From Synergistales bacterium (GTDB lineage: Bacteria; Synergistota; Synergistia; Synergistales; JAFGMB01), in NCBI GenBank assembly GCA_963666205.1, contig OY762654.1:256001-320000 (forward strand): a stretch of DNA of 64,000 nt, read 5' to 3'. Made by a program: the position numbers and the translations under genes. The notes beneath the pieces were generated by a model. The model worked only from the letters and a program-made list of their open reading frames with translations, made no database searches and was not told where the DNA came from. Positions 40,393-50,352 of the stretch are shown piece after piece. How positions within the stretch are numbered: position 1 is the first letter of the stretch; the number at the start of each line of letters is the position of its first letter.

Positions 40393-40455
40393 TTAAAGCA
40401 CCTCTCTTCCAGAATCTACGCAATTCAGAGATAGAAGAATTACAACATCTTCCTA

Positions 40456-41838
40456 TCAACTTTTCCCCCTATTCATCAGTACTGTGGAACAACCAAATAC
40501 AACAGAAAGACCGGAAACACCAAGTCCTGCAAAAAGGGGAGGGATCCCAGTCCTGAAAACAGGCCATATAACCAGAGTCAGGATTCCTCCGAGTATTCCG
40601 GAAAGAGCCCATTTGCGAGGTAATATTCCTGGTAAAAGTATTGAAACTACAAGAGGGAAAAATGTACCAACCCCTCTTAAACCCATACTCAGATAACTCC
40701 ACTGGAGTATCATGCTTTTATCTGCTATACATCCGAAGACAGCAGCAAGGATTACTACAAAAGATACTGCAACTCTTGAAACATGAAGAAGATTCTTATC
40801 TTCTGAAACAAGGTCCCATCCCGAGCGTTTGTGCATGTATATATCTCTGACAAGGTTTGTTGCAATACCTAAAGACAGCCCGGCTGCAGTACCTATGACT
40901 GTTATAACAATACCACACCACATAACCCCGGCAATAAGGGGGTGAAAGTTATTTATTATGAAAAAAGGCAAAGCCTGGGCTGGATCAATTATAACCCCTG
41001 CATAGCGGAGAGACAGACCTACATAAACTCCAAGAAGACCAAGGGGTGGCATAATAAAGGCAGCCACGAGGACTCCCTTCTTAGCAGTTTCCGAACTTGA
41101 AGCAGCAAATATTCCCTGGATATATATCTGTGTACAGAATACACCTGTGATCATAGAAACCAGAGCCCCAAGATCTTTGGAAACCCCTCTTCCCCAAATA
41201 GTGAGAAAGGGAAAGGATGGAAGTCCCTTGGCTAAAACCATAGGCCCATATCCCTTTGAGGCGACAACAAGGGAAGACAGAATGAGAATACAATACAAAA
41301 GCAGTATTTTTGCCTGGCCTATTCGACTGTAACTTTTCAGACCACCAGAATATATAAATAGAAGAATAAGAAATGTTACGATGAGAACAGACTGAATTGA
41401 ATTCATCGGGAAGATACTCATAAATAGTGCAATTCCAGCTATGAATTGTGCTACAACGGAGATGAAAGTACCAGTTATTGATGCAAGCATAGATGCAGAA
41501 CTTGCTCTTTGCCCATAGTTATTTTTTAGAAATTCGGGAATGGTTTCAAGACCTGATTCTCTTAAAGGCTTAGCAAACCACGTCCCCAGTAAAAGGCAAC
41601 CAATACCTGCTCCCAGTGTAAACCACCATGCTGATAGGCCATACTCATATGCCATCTGTACTGTACCGACAGTAGAGGCTCCACCCACAAGAGCACCAAG
41701 AATGATACCACTGACAGATGATGAAGATGCTTTTCGACCAGCAACTGTATAGTCACTGGAAGTTTCGATCTTTCCAGATCCTCTAGTACCAAGGATTACG
41801 AAAAGTATTAGTAAGAAGATGGCTCCAGCAACAAACAT
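40456..41838 (-). CDS. Sodium:solute symporter family protein
   Basis: DYTVAGR, VGGASTVG, TIPEFL, multiple TM helices. Confidence 0.88.
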   Translation of the reverse strand: MFVAGAIFLLILFVILGTRGSGKIETSSDYTVAGRKASSSSVSGIILGALVGGASTVGTVQMAYEYGLSAWWFTLGAGIGCLLLGTWFAKPLRESGLETIPEFLKNNYGQRASSASMLASITGTFISVVAQFIAGIALFMSIFPMNSIQSVLIVTFLILLFIYSGGLKSYSRIGQAKILLLYCILILSSLVVASKGYGPMVLAKGLPSFPFLTIWGRGVSKDLGALVSMITGVFCTQIYIQGIFAASSSETAKKGVLVAAFIMPPLGLLGVYVGLSLRYAGVIIDPAQALPFFIINNFHPLIAGVMWCGIVITVIGTAAGLSLGIATNLVRDIYMHKRSGWDLVSEDKNLLHVSRVAVSFVVILAAVFGCIADKSMILQWSYLSMGLRGVGTFFPLVVSILLPGILPRKWALSGILGGILTLVIWPVFRTGIPPLFAGLGVSGLSVVFGCSTVLMNRGKS

Positions 41839-41923
41839 TCAACCACACCCCACAACTTGAAGATCCGGACAATATTATGACACAAGGATATTCCAGGAAA
41901 ATCGACTCTACTCTCCTCCACGA

Positions 41924-41951
41924 CAAAAGGCCGGTTGCTGGCCGGCCCTTG
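41924..41951 (-). terminator. Terminator after the ABC operon
   Basis: Minus strand GGCCGG-ccagcaa-CCGGCC followed by TTTTG. Confidence 0.6.
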
Positions 41952-41983
41952 CCTCTTTACTTCTTGTAAAGCAACAGGATCTC

Positions 41984-42700
41984 TTATAAACCCATATATG
42001 CTTTTCGAACCTGATCAGATTCCAGAAGCATGCTTGCAGGACCAGATTGAACAATTTTCCCTGTCTGTAGGACATAACCCCTGTCAGCAATTTCAAGTGC
42101 CTCCTGTACCATCTGTTCAACGAGGAGGATAGTCATTCCGGTCTTATTGATCCTGACAATTGCATCCATTACTTTTTCCACGAGGGAAGGCATAAGGCCA
42201 AGGGACATCTCGTCGAGCATAAGAAGTGTCGGCTTCGACATGAGGCCACGTGCTATTGCAAGCATCTGCTGTTCCCCTCCGCTCATGGTTTCCGCTATCT
42301 GACCAGCCCGGTCCCTAAGCCGGGGAAAGAGCTCGAATACTTCTTCAAGCCTGGCATTGATCTCTTTCCTATCCTTTTTGATAAAGGCTCCAAGTTCCAG
42401 GTTTTCCCTGACAGAAAGCTTCGAAAAAAGTCTTCTTCCTTCGGGAACATAGCTGAGTCCTATCTTCATTGTTTCGTGAGCGGGCATTTTTGTAATATCT
42501 ACTCCTTTGAAGTTAATGCTACCCTGGTAGGGCATCATGAGACCCGCGATGGCACGCATGGTAGTCGTTTTCCCGGCTCCATTGGCACCCACGATGGATA
42601 CCAGTTCACCCTGGTTCACTTCCAGAGAAATTCCATGAATTACGGGGATGCCGTCATAACCGGTATGAAGGTCCTGAACCTGAAGGATTGGTCCACTCAT
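41984..42700 (-). CDS. Liv-type ABC ATP-binding protein (LivF-like)
   Basis: GANGAGKTT, VPEGR, MSGGEQQMLA, LLVEQ. Confidence 0.93.
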   Translation of the reverse strand: MSGPILQVQDLHTGYDGIPVIHGISLEVNQGELVSIVGANGAGKTTTMRAIAGLMMPYQGSINFKGVDITKMPAHETMKIGLSYVPEGRRLFSKLSVRENLELGAFIKKDRKEINARLEEVFELFPRLRDRAGQIAETMSGGEQQMLAIARGLMSKPTLLMLDEMSLGLMPSLVEKVMDAIVRINKTGMTILLVEQMVQEALEIADRGYVLQTGKIVQSGPASMLLESDQVRKAYMGL

Positions 42701-43443
42701 GATAGTTTAGCCTCCTTCAGCCTTTTAGCGAACTTCTCTCCGAAATAGGCGGTGATCACCTTTTCGTCGTTGATTATATCCTTCGGAGGTCCTTCCGCGA
42801 TCTTTTCTCCGCCATCAAGTACTACGACCTTATCTGCGATGGGCATTATGGCTTCCATAATATGTTCCACCACAAGAAGGGTGACTCCCTTGTCCCTGAT
42901 GCTCTTGATGAGTTCAACTGAAGCTCTTACCTCCGTGGAGGTAAGACCGGCCATAGCCTCGTCAAGCATCAGGATCCTGGGCTGAGTTGCCAGCGCCCTT
43001 GCCATCTCTAACCGTTTTTTCTGGCCTATAGTGAGTGCTCCAGCTTTCCTGTGGATCATTTCTTCAAGGTGACAGGCCTCTATACATTGCATTGCCACAT
43101 CGGAAGCTTCTTTGACATTGCTCGTCCGAAGGAAAGCACCGATCAGTGTATTGTCAAAGACTGTCATTTCCTTCAGTGGGTGAACCACCTGGAACGTCCT
43201 GACCGCTCCAAGCTTCGCTATCTCATGCGCTGAAGAACTGGTGATATCCTTCCCGTCAAAGAGAATCTTCCCTGATGAGGGGGTATAGTAACCGGAAATA
43301 CAGTTGAAAAGTGTAGTTTTGCCTGCTCCGTTCGGTCCGATGAGCCCTACTATGCTAGCCTCTTCCACGTTGAAGGTCACATCCCTGTTGGCCATAAGGG
43401 AACCGAACTTCATTGTCACATCTGTTATTTCAAGAAGGGCCAT
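42697..43443 (-). CDS. Liv-type ABC ATP-binding protein (LivG-like)
   Basis: GPNGAGKTT, RTFQ, LDEAMAGL, VEH, VITAYFG. Confidence 0.93.
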   Translation of the reverse strand: MALLEITDVTMKFGSLMANRDVTFNVEEASIVGLIGPNGAGKTTLFNCISGYYTPSSGKILFDGKDITSSSAHEIAKLGAVRTFQVVHPLKEMTVFDNTLIGAFLRTSNVKEASDVAMQCIEACHLEEMIHRKAGALTIGQKKRLEMARALATQPRILMLDEAMAGLTSTEVRASVELIKSIRDKGVTLLVVEHIMEAIMPIADKVVVLDGGEKIAEGPPKDIINDEKVITAYFGEKFAKRLKEAKLS

Positions 43444-44450
43444 CAATGATCACCCTCCTTCTTTTCATGACTTTTCATAGCAATATCGTTGAGAATACCC
43501 ATGATCCCCCTGGGTTGTTTGACCATTACCAGAACTATGATCAGACCGAAGATCATCAGGTCAACACCACCGCCCATGCCTCCGATGAAAGCCCTGCTGT
43601 ATTCCTGGAGAGGAATAAGGACCGCAGCTCCGAGAAGAGGACCCCAGAAAGTCCCCAGTCCCCCAAGAATGGTAATGAGCACAAACTTCATTGACATGTC
43701 AAGAGACATGACCATGGGAGGGTCCACCCTTAAATTGTACTGGGCATAAAAGGCTCCACAGATGGCAGCCAGGAATGCGGAAAGGGCCATGGCTGAAAGC
43801 TTGACCCTTGTGCTGTTGACACCAAGGGCTTCAGCTGTCTCCTGTCCCTCACGCACAGCCAGGAGATAATAGCCGAAGCGCATTTTTTCCATCTTTCTGA
43901 CCACACCAAAGACAAAGATCATCAATATAAGAGCCCCATAGTAGTAGCCTTTCTTGGAGTCATACCACATAAAGTTTATCCAGCCCTCTTCTACGAGCGG
44001 GTAATCCAGCCCTAGGGCTCCTCCGATCCAGTCCCACACCATAAAGAGTCTGTTGAAGATCTCAACTATTGCGAAAGTAGCTATGGCAAAATAGTGTCCC
44101 TTGAGCTTGAAACACGGTCCACTAAGGACTGCAGCTACCCCGGCAGCAAGAACCGCACCCACAATGGCTCCCGGCCATGGAGAAAGCCCAAAGGTCACCA
44201 CGGCCATGGCTGCCCCGTAGGAACCAATTCCGAAGAAAACGGAATGGCCGAAGGATGTCTGTCCGCAATATCCTCCAATTACATTCCATGCCTGGGCCAT
44301 GGATCCGTACAGCATTATCAGGATGAGCACATGTTCGGTGTAAGAACTGGGCAAAACGCCGATGAGGGGCAGTACGGCAAAGACCGCTACAATTATCCAC
44401 CACAAAATATCCCTTGAAATATTATTTCTTGTTAACATGGAAGTTACCAC
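43443..44450 (-). CDS. Liv-type ABC permease (LivM-like)
   Basis: GQTSFGHSVFFGIG, LKGHYFAIAT, AEALGVN, GGLGTFWGP. Confidence 0.92.
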   Translation of the reverse strand: MVTSMLTRNNISRDILWWIIVAVFAVLPLIGVLPSSYTEHVLILIMLYGSMAQAWNVIGGYCGQTSFGHSVFFGIGSYGAAMAVVTFGLSPWPGAIVGAVLAAGVAAVLSGPCFKLKGHYFAIATFAIVEIFNRLFMVWDWIGGALGLDYPLVEEGWINFMWYDSKKGYYYGALILMIFVFGVVRKMEKMRFGYYLLAVREGQETAEALGVNSTRVKLSAMALSAFLAAICGAFYAQYNLRVDPPMVMSLDMSMKFVLITILGGLGTFWGPLLGAAVLIPLQEYSRAFIGGMGGGVDLMIFGLIIVLVMVKQPRGIMGILNDIAMKSHEKKEGDH

Positions 44451-45304
44451 CCGAAAAGTCCCCTGGGCCGCCAGAAAACGACAACCAGGTAAAGGCCAAA
44501 TACTGCAACATACTTAAAGACAGGCGCCACGTAGAATCCGCTGAAAGCCTCTACAAGACCAATAAGGATGGCTGCAAAAAGAGCTCCAGGGATAGAACCG
44601 AACCCTCCCATGGCTACACACACAAAGGCCAGGAGACTGAAAAGTCCGCCCACGTCTGGGAATGTGGCCAGGTAGGAAGGTAGAAGGCCTCCGGCGATCC
44701 CTACACAAGCACCTCCCAGACCAAAGACCATGACATAGATCCATTCTGTATCAATACCCATAAGCTCTGCGGCTTCCTTGTCCAGGGCAGTAGCCTGTAT
44801 GGCCCAGCCCAGTCTTGTTTTTTTTATCAGGAGATATACCAGAGCCACAACGCATAAAGAAAACAGACTTGTTGCCAATTGAGGAAGAGAGAAAATAATC
44901 CCTCCAACAGAAAGGGTCTTTCCACCAAGCAGGGTATCGTTCAGAATGCGGAAATTCGGAGAGAACATGTAGAGACATACGTTCTTGAGGAACATGGAAA
45001 GTCCAAAAGTAGCCAGTAGTGCGGCCATTGCCGATTTGCCTATGGTATGGCGGATAATGAGCTTGTAGGTCAATGCTCCAACCAGAAAAGCGAACCCCCC
45101 GGAAGCGATCCATGATATTAGAGGATCAACCTTCCAGAGGAATCCCAGCCAATAACTGAGGTACATGGCCACCATAAGGAATTCTCCATGAGCAAAGTTT
45201 ATGACATCCATCACACCCCAGATAAGACTGAGGCCGGCTGCTATCAAAGCATAAAGCAGACCGCTGAGAATGCCATCAAGCGCAACCTGTAAAAAGGTAA
45301 CCAT
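44444..45304 (-). CDS. Liv-type ABC permease (LivH-like)
   Basis: YALIAAGLSLIWGV, INFAHGE, AAELMGID, GGFGSIPGA, RPRGLFG. Confidence 0.92.
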   Translation of the reverse strand: MVTFLQVALDGILSGLLYALIAAGLSLIWGVMDVINFAHGEFLMVAMYLSYWLGFLWKVDPLISWIASGGFAFLVGALTYKLIIRHTIGKSAMAALLATFGLSMFLKNVCLYMFSPNFRILNDTLLGGKTLSVGGIIFSLPQLATSLFSLCVVALVYLLIKKTRLGWAIQATALDKEAAELMGIDTEWIYVMVFGLGGACVGIAGGLLPSYLATFPDVGGLFSLLAFVCVAMGGFGSIPGALFAAILIGLVEAFSGFYVAPVFKYVAVFGLYLVVVFWRPRGLFGW

Positions 45305-45342
45305 TACTTATCCCCCTTGAGTAATGAAATGCCCGAACCAAC

Positions 45343-45377
45343 AAAAAACGGGCGACAGGATCCTAGAGCCGCCCGTT
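45343..45377 (-). terminator. Terminator-like hairpin between the binding protein and permease genes
   Basis: Minus strand AACGGGCGGC...GTCGCCCGTTTTTT; this position commonly gives differential SBP expression. Confidence 0.65.
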
Positions 45378-45415
45378 CTCCAAATCATCTTATATTCAGA
45401 ATGGACTTACGGGAC

Positions 45416-46687
45416 CTAACGGTTGCTCCAATCAGTCATAGGAACTACAGGCTCGGTGTCGGCAAGATCCAGTGGATAGATCTTCTTATAAGATCCACCC
45501 TGAAGCTGAGTAAGGATGCTCATGGCTTTAAGGTTCTGTCCTCCCGGAGCGAATACGACCTTACCACCCAGTGACATGGGTGAATCGAACTCGGTCTCGT
45601 GTAAGACTTTAAGGACCGCATCATAATCAGTGGTACCTGCGAGTTCCATAGCCTGTGCAAGAATAAGGGTTGCGATTGCTTCCTGGATACAATCGCTGTC
45701 AAAGGGAACGCTGGGATCTGTCTTGGTCATATAGATCTTTTCAACTGCTGCAACCGCGGGCATAAGCTCTGCGAATTCTGGGCTGTAGCCTGTCCCTCCC
45801 ATGAAGAAATCTCCATCGGATTCAAGTTGTTTTGCAATGATTGGATCCTGGTATCCAGTACAGTAGTTAAGGGCCACATCAGGAAGCCAGTCCATCTGTT
45901 TCATGGTTCTTACCCAAAGAGTATAGTCTCCTCCAAGGCAGGCTCCGAATACGGCATCGGGATCTGCAGCTTTAAGGGTCTGTACTTCACTATTAAGGTT
46001 GGTAGCACCAGGGTTGAAAGCCACATCAGCAATCACCTTGAGACCTGCGGCCCCGGCAGCAGCTTTGCCCTCTTCAGCAGCGTGCTTACCGAACTCGGTG
46101 TTCTCGTAAATAAGCCCCACGGTCTCGATGCCTGCATTCCTGGTTTCGTTGAGGTGTTTGATAAATTCCACGAATTCCAGGGATTCTGTCTCATCTGTGG
46201 GTGCCAGGCGGAAGAATCGGTTGAGGTCCCTCTTGGTAAGGGCTGCGGAGCTGGAGCATCCACAAACGAAGAGTTTCTGCTTTCTTTCTGCGACGAAGCT
46301 TGCCGGTTTGGTGCAGGAGCTATTGTAGCTTCCGATGATGGCATATACGCCTTCCTGGTCGATGAGGCGCTCAGCCTCTGATTTAGCTACATCTGGTTTG
46401 CCCTGGTGGTCAGCATGAACAAGGACAAACTTCATCCCTCCAAGAACGCCTTCTGTCGCAGCTCCAGGGACCTTGATCTCTGGATGTGCATTGTTAATCA
46501 CTTCAACTGCAGTTTCAACAGCACTCTGGCAGCGCTGACCAGCTAAAGCACAGGGGCCGGTAAGTGGGAAAAGGGTACCAATCTTTATAACCTTTTCCGC
46601 AGCAAATGCCCCTCCTGATAACAAAGCAACAATGAACAATGTAACCAACAGCTTTGCCACTTTGGTTCTTCCAAAAACACGCTTCAT
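45416..46687 (-). CDS. Liv-type (PBP1) ABC substrate-binding protein
   Basis: Signal peptide ending AFA, IKIGTLFPLTG, GSYNSS, YENTEFG. Start ATG at 46687 after GGGGGAG. Confidence 0.9.
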   Translation of the reverse strand: MKRVFGRTKVAKLLVTLFIVALLSGGAFAAEKVIKIGTLFPLTGPCALAGQRCQSAVETAVEVINNAHPEIKVPGAATEGVLGGMKFVLVHADHQGKPDVAKSEAERLIDQEGVYAIIGSYNSSCTKPASFVAERKQKLFVCGCSSSAALTKRDLNRFFRLAPTDETESLEFVEFIKHLNETRNAGIETVGLIYENTEFGKHAAEEGKAAAGAAGLKVIADVAFNPGATNLNSEVQTLKAADPDAVFGACLGGDYTLWVRTMKQMDWLPDVALNYCTGYQDPIIAKQLESDGDFFMGGTGYSPEFAELMPAVAAVEKIYMTKTDPSVPFDSDCIQEAIATLILAQAMELAGTTDYDAVLKVLHETEFDSPMSLGGKVVFAPGGQNLKAMSILTQLQGGSYKKIYPLDLADTEPVVPMTDWSNR

Positions 46688-47283
46688 TAACAAAACTCCC
46701 CCTTTGTTGTGTTTGAACATAGACAGTGTTTTACCATTCCCCTGACAAAACACTGACAAATGAACTATTTGAATTTTATTTGAATATTTGGGAAAAAACA
46801 AGTTGGAAAATGAAAACTAATTCATTTTTATACTTCATCATTCTTCGTACCTGTTCCTCCATATCCGTTTAGTACTGTAAGGACATTCTATATTGCGTCA
46901 ATATGACGTTTTTCTTACAGTAACTGAAGGACGCGGGTCCAACCATTGTCAGACCAGGTTGCTATCCTTCTCGAGATACCTGAAACAATATGTTATAAAA
47001 GGGAAAGTAAAGGATAGGTCAAAACATGGATAACTTGATAAAGTTGACCTGGTGTTCAATAAGGTATAGATGGTATTGCTAATCGTCACTATCCACGAAA
47101 GAAGGGGATAAAAAGGCATAGAATCCTGGGATATCATGTCTTCCGCAGAACAAAAGAGAATGTTCAGTATTAGAGGATTTTAAACACAGGAATGTTTCAC
47201 GATACTGGACCATCTGCGTTACTATCAACTCCAGCCCCGCCCTTGACTGAGCTGGAGGACAAAAGATAACAAACAAAAACATC

Positions 47284-47359
47284 TGGCGTGCCTGGCGAGA
47301 GTCGAACTCGCGACCTCTGGTTCCGGAGACCAGCGCTCTATCCACTGAGCTACAGGCAC
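47284..47359 (-). tRNA. tRNA-Arg(CCG)
   Basis: Reverse complement GTGCCTGTAGCTCAGTGGATAGAGCGCTGGTCTCCGGAACCAGAGGTCGCGAGTTCGACTCTCGCCAGGCACGCCA. Anticodon arm CTGGT-CTCCGGA-ACCAG. Confidence 0.97.
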
Positions 47360-47378
47360 ACATTGAATGACAGAGAGT

Positions 47379-47407
47379 AAGGTACCTTTATGCAAGATGT
47401 TTGTCAA
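47379..47407 (-). promoter_or_regulatory. Promoter of tRNA-Arg
   Basis: TTGACA-17 nt-TACCTT, ending 19 nt upstream of the tRNA. Confidence 0.65.
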
Positions 47408-47443
47408 GTTACTTGCTAAAATCCACCCAGTGTAATGAAATTG

Positions 47444-49795
47444 TTATTTCCGGAACCTGACTATGGTTACACCATATCCACCCTCAGAAGGGCCTCCAAG
47501 ACAGAAATCTTCAACATATTCCAGGGATCTGCACAGTTTATGAACTTCTCGTCTGAGGATACCCTCACCTCGACCATGAATTACGGTTACACTCCCATAC
47601 CCTGCTCGCATTGCCTGGTCAAGATATCGGGAAACGACAGGAATAGCTTCATCTACAGTCATACCTCTTACCATAACAGAACCTGGCACATTGGACGGTC
47701 TGGAGATCGTTATCTTTACATCTCCACCAGATTTTGAGATTTTATCGTTGAGTATACGTATCTGTCCCAAGGGAACTTCCATCCTTAATGGACCTGAGAT
47801 AACAGTTCCCTTCTTTTCAGAAAGAGATGCAAGAACTCCCTTGAAACCTGAACCGACTATCTCGACACTCTGTCCCTCTTTCAATTCAGGCTTGAGAGTT
47901 TGTGATTCCACATTCTTTTCTCTTTTCTTTTTCCTTTCCGAGAAAGAACGGATCTGTTCGTTCATTTCCATTTTCTGATTATGCATTTCTCTCTGGGCAG
48001 CAGATTCGGCGGCGCCTTCAATTCGGCGGATAAGATTTCTTGCTGTCTGTTGTGCTTTATCCAGAATATCTTCAGCCTTTTTTTCTGCTTGAGAAATAAG
48101 TTTTTCTGAGATATATTCGGCCTTTCCCAGATTTTGTTCATAGTCTTTTTTTAATCTCATTAATATTTTTCTCTCCTGTATAAGTTCTTCCTTTGTGACA
48201 TCGAGTATTCGCTGTTTTTCGTGCAGTTCAGAGATAAGCTCTTCAACAGAATGTTCTGCTCCTAGTCTTACAGCCCTTGCCTTTTCAAGTACTGTTTCAG
48301 GCATGCCCTGGCGACCAGCGATAAGAATAGCATTGCTTTTACCTGGGATACCCATCAAAAGCTTATATGTAGGAGACATGGTCTTATGATCAAATTCCAT
48401 ACTTGCTGTTTCTACACCTCTGGTACCAAGTGCATATCGTTTTATAGGATTATGATGGGTCGTGGCCAGAGTAAGTATACCCTTCTCATGTAAAGTATCC
48501 AGAATCGCTATACCAAGAGCTGCACCCTCCTGGGGGTCTGTCCCTGAACCTAATTCATCAAGAAGCAGAAGGGATTTTTCATCAGAGTGTTTAAGAATAG
48601 AAATTATATTCTGAAGATGGGCACTGAAGGTGGAAAGGTTCTGCTCTATACTCTGTTCATCTCCTATATCAAGCCAGATGCCACTGAAATCGCCAATTAC
48701 AGAACCTTCAAGTGCAGGGATCGGCAATCCATACCATGTCATTGCTACAGCCAGGCCAACAGTCTTAAGGGCAACAGTTTTCCCCCCTGTGTTAGGACCT
48801 GTTATGACTAGTACCTTGAAGGATTTTCCACACGCAATATTAAGGGGGACAGCGTTACCGGAGAGAAGGGGATGAATGACACCCTTAAGATCGAAGAAAG
48901 GTTTTTTACTGGTTTCAGGAAGGATCCAGCCACTCTTTGAAATTATCGCAGAAATCGCATATAAATAGTCGCTAAGTCCGATCGCAGCCTGTGAATCGAG
49001 AAGAGCTTTCTCTCTCTTGAGCATTAACTGGGTTAGATCTCTTAATATTCGTTCACTTTCTTCTTTTTCTTCTGAAATAAGAACTGATATCCTGTTATTC
49101 ACGGGAATCAGTTTTTCATGTTCCATAAATATGGTATGCCCGGAACTTGAACGATCAAGGACTACACCGGGGAACCGGTTTATATATTCATGTCTGACCG
49201 AAAAAACAAGCCGACCATTTTTTATACCAATCGTTTTTTCCTGGAGGTATCCAGAAATCTGGGGGTCATGAATAAGTCTGGATATAGTTCTTCTGGCCTG
49301 GGCTCTGTTTTCGACAAGAGCATTGCGGATATCTCTAAGTCTTGGAGAAGCTGAGTCTTCTATTCTTCCATGTTCATCTATCACATTCAAGGCTTCTACT
49401 TCTTTAGAAAAGTCCCTTATTTTGCGGGTTATCTGAAGAAATACAGGTTGTGAATCCCTTTCTTCAAGGAAATGTTCCTTAAGTTTCATTGCGAGCCTGA
49501 TCATGCGTTGAATCTGGTAGAGTTCTTCACCATTCAGAAAAGATGTCGATTTTGCAGCCTCAAGTATTTCATTCACAGGCTGTAAACCATCAGACCATGG
49601 AATATCTCCATGGCGGGAAAGATACAGCATAAAAGCTTCAATCAATTCATGTCTTTTGGCAAGAGAATCCATGCTATCGAGGGGATTAAGTTCTTTTATA
49701 AAGAGTGCACCAATATTCGAACGGGCCTCACGGGCAAAAACACGAAGAACTTTTGAGAATTCCAGCTTTTCTTTACTAACTTTATTAATCTTCAT
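47444..49795 (-). CDS. mutS2: MutS2 with C-terminal Smr domain
   Basis: TGPNTGGKT, DIGDEQSIEQNLSTFS, DELGSGTDP, IHGRGEGILR. Confidence 0.95.
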   Translation of the reverse strand: MKINKVSKEKLEFSKVLRVFAREARSNIGALFIKELNPLDSMDSLAKRHELIEAFMLYLSRHGDIPWSDGLQPVNEILEAAKSTSFLNGEELYQIQRMIRLAMKLKEHFLEERDSQPVFLQITRKIRDFSKEVEALNVIDEHGRIEDSASPRLRDIRNALVENRAQARRTISRLIHDPQISGYLQEKTIGIKNGRLVFSVRHEYINRFPGVVLDRSSSGHTIFMEHEKLIPVNNRISVLISEEKEESERILRDLTQLMLKREKALLDSQAAIGLSDYLYAISAIISKSGWILPETSKKPFFDLKGVIHPLLSGNAVPLNIACGKSFKVLVITGPNTGGKTVALKTVGLAVAMTWYGLPIPALEGSVIGDFSGIWLDIGDEQSIEQNLSTFSAHLQNIISILKHSDEKSLLLLDELGSGTDPQEGAALGIAILDTLHEKGILTLATTHHNPIKRYALGTRGVETASMEFDHKTMSPTYKLLMGIPGKSNAILIAGRQGMPETVLEKARAVRLGAEHSVEELISELHEKQRILDVTKEELIQERKILMRLKKDYEQNLGKAEYISEKLISQAEKKAEDILDKAQQTARNLIRRIEGAAESAAQREMHNQKMEMNEQIRSFSERKKKREKNVESQTLKPELKEGQSVEIVGSGFKGVLASLSEKKGTVISGPLRMEVPLGQIRILNDKISKSGGDVKITISRPSNVPGSVMVRGMTVDEAIPVVSRYLDQAMRAGYGSVTVIHGRGEGILRREVHKLCRSLEYVEDFCLGGPSEGGYGVTIVRFRK

Positions 49796-49833
49796 CTTCA
49801 GACCTGTCTCAATTGATTCCGAGTCTGCCGGCT

Positions 49834-50352
49834 TCAGGGCAGTGGACGTTGAAATCTGGAATGGAGCAGATTTGCCTGGATAAGGAAATCCTCAACCCTA
49901 GGCCATAAACATGAACCTATTTTGATTGTCAGGCTGTCAGAAATCCATTCTGTTGGAATTAAAGAAGAAAAGGAAGTAGATACCAGATAAACAAAAAGGA
50001 TAATTACAAGAGTCTTGAGAGCTCCTGCTCCAATTCCAAGAACCCGGTCAATGATAGAAAGTTGTGTAAATCGTATGAGAGCTTTGACCGCTTTACACAT
50101 AAAGGCTGCAAGAACTGACGCGAGAATATAGAGCAAGACCATTACAATAACGGAAACTACACCGGGAGAAAAAGAAGATCTTGAAAGGATAATTGCTGAC
50201 ACTGGTTGAGTAAATTTCCAGGCAAGCACAACTCCACCGATAGTACCCAGTAACGAAAATACTTCCCCTGAAAGACCCTTGAAAGCACCCCTTATACTAA
50301 AGGTCACAAGAAGAAACAGGAAAACAAGATCAACTATATTGGATGCTGTCAT
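49834..50352 (-). CDS. cvpA: CvpA-family membrane protein
   Basis: RGAFKGL, IDRVLG; zapA-cvpA-mutS2 synteny. Confidence 0.85.
   Translation of the reverse strand: MTASNIVDLVFLFLLVTFSIRGAFKGLSGEVFSLLGTIGGVVLAWKFTQPVSAIILSRSSFSPGVVSVIVMVLLYILASVLAAFMCKAVKALIRFTQLSIIDRVLGIGAGALKTLVIILFVYLVSTSFSSLIPTEWISDSLTIKIGSCLWPRVEDFLIQANLLHSRFQRPLP

Noticed and set aside
41840..47359. Integrative element at tRNA-Arg with att repeats
   Set aside because: No integrase and no repeat of the tRNA 3' end was found; only the compositional hint is kept as a finding.
46949..47407. Short ORFs of 60-94 aa around tRNA-Arg, and 11242-11502 / 11297-11482 around tRNA-Gln
   Set aside because: They overlap tRNA genes or AT-rich intergenic DNA and have no protein-like features.
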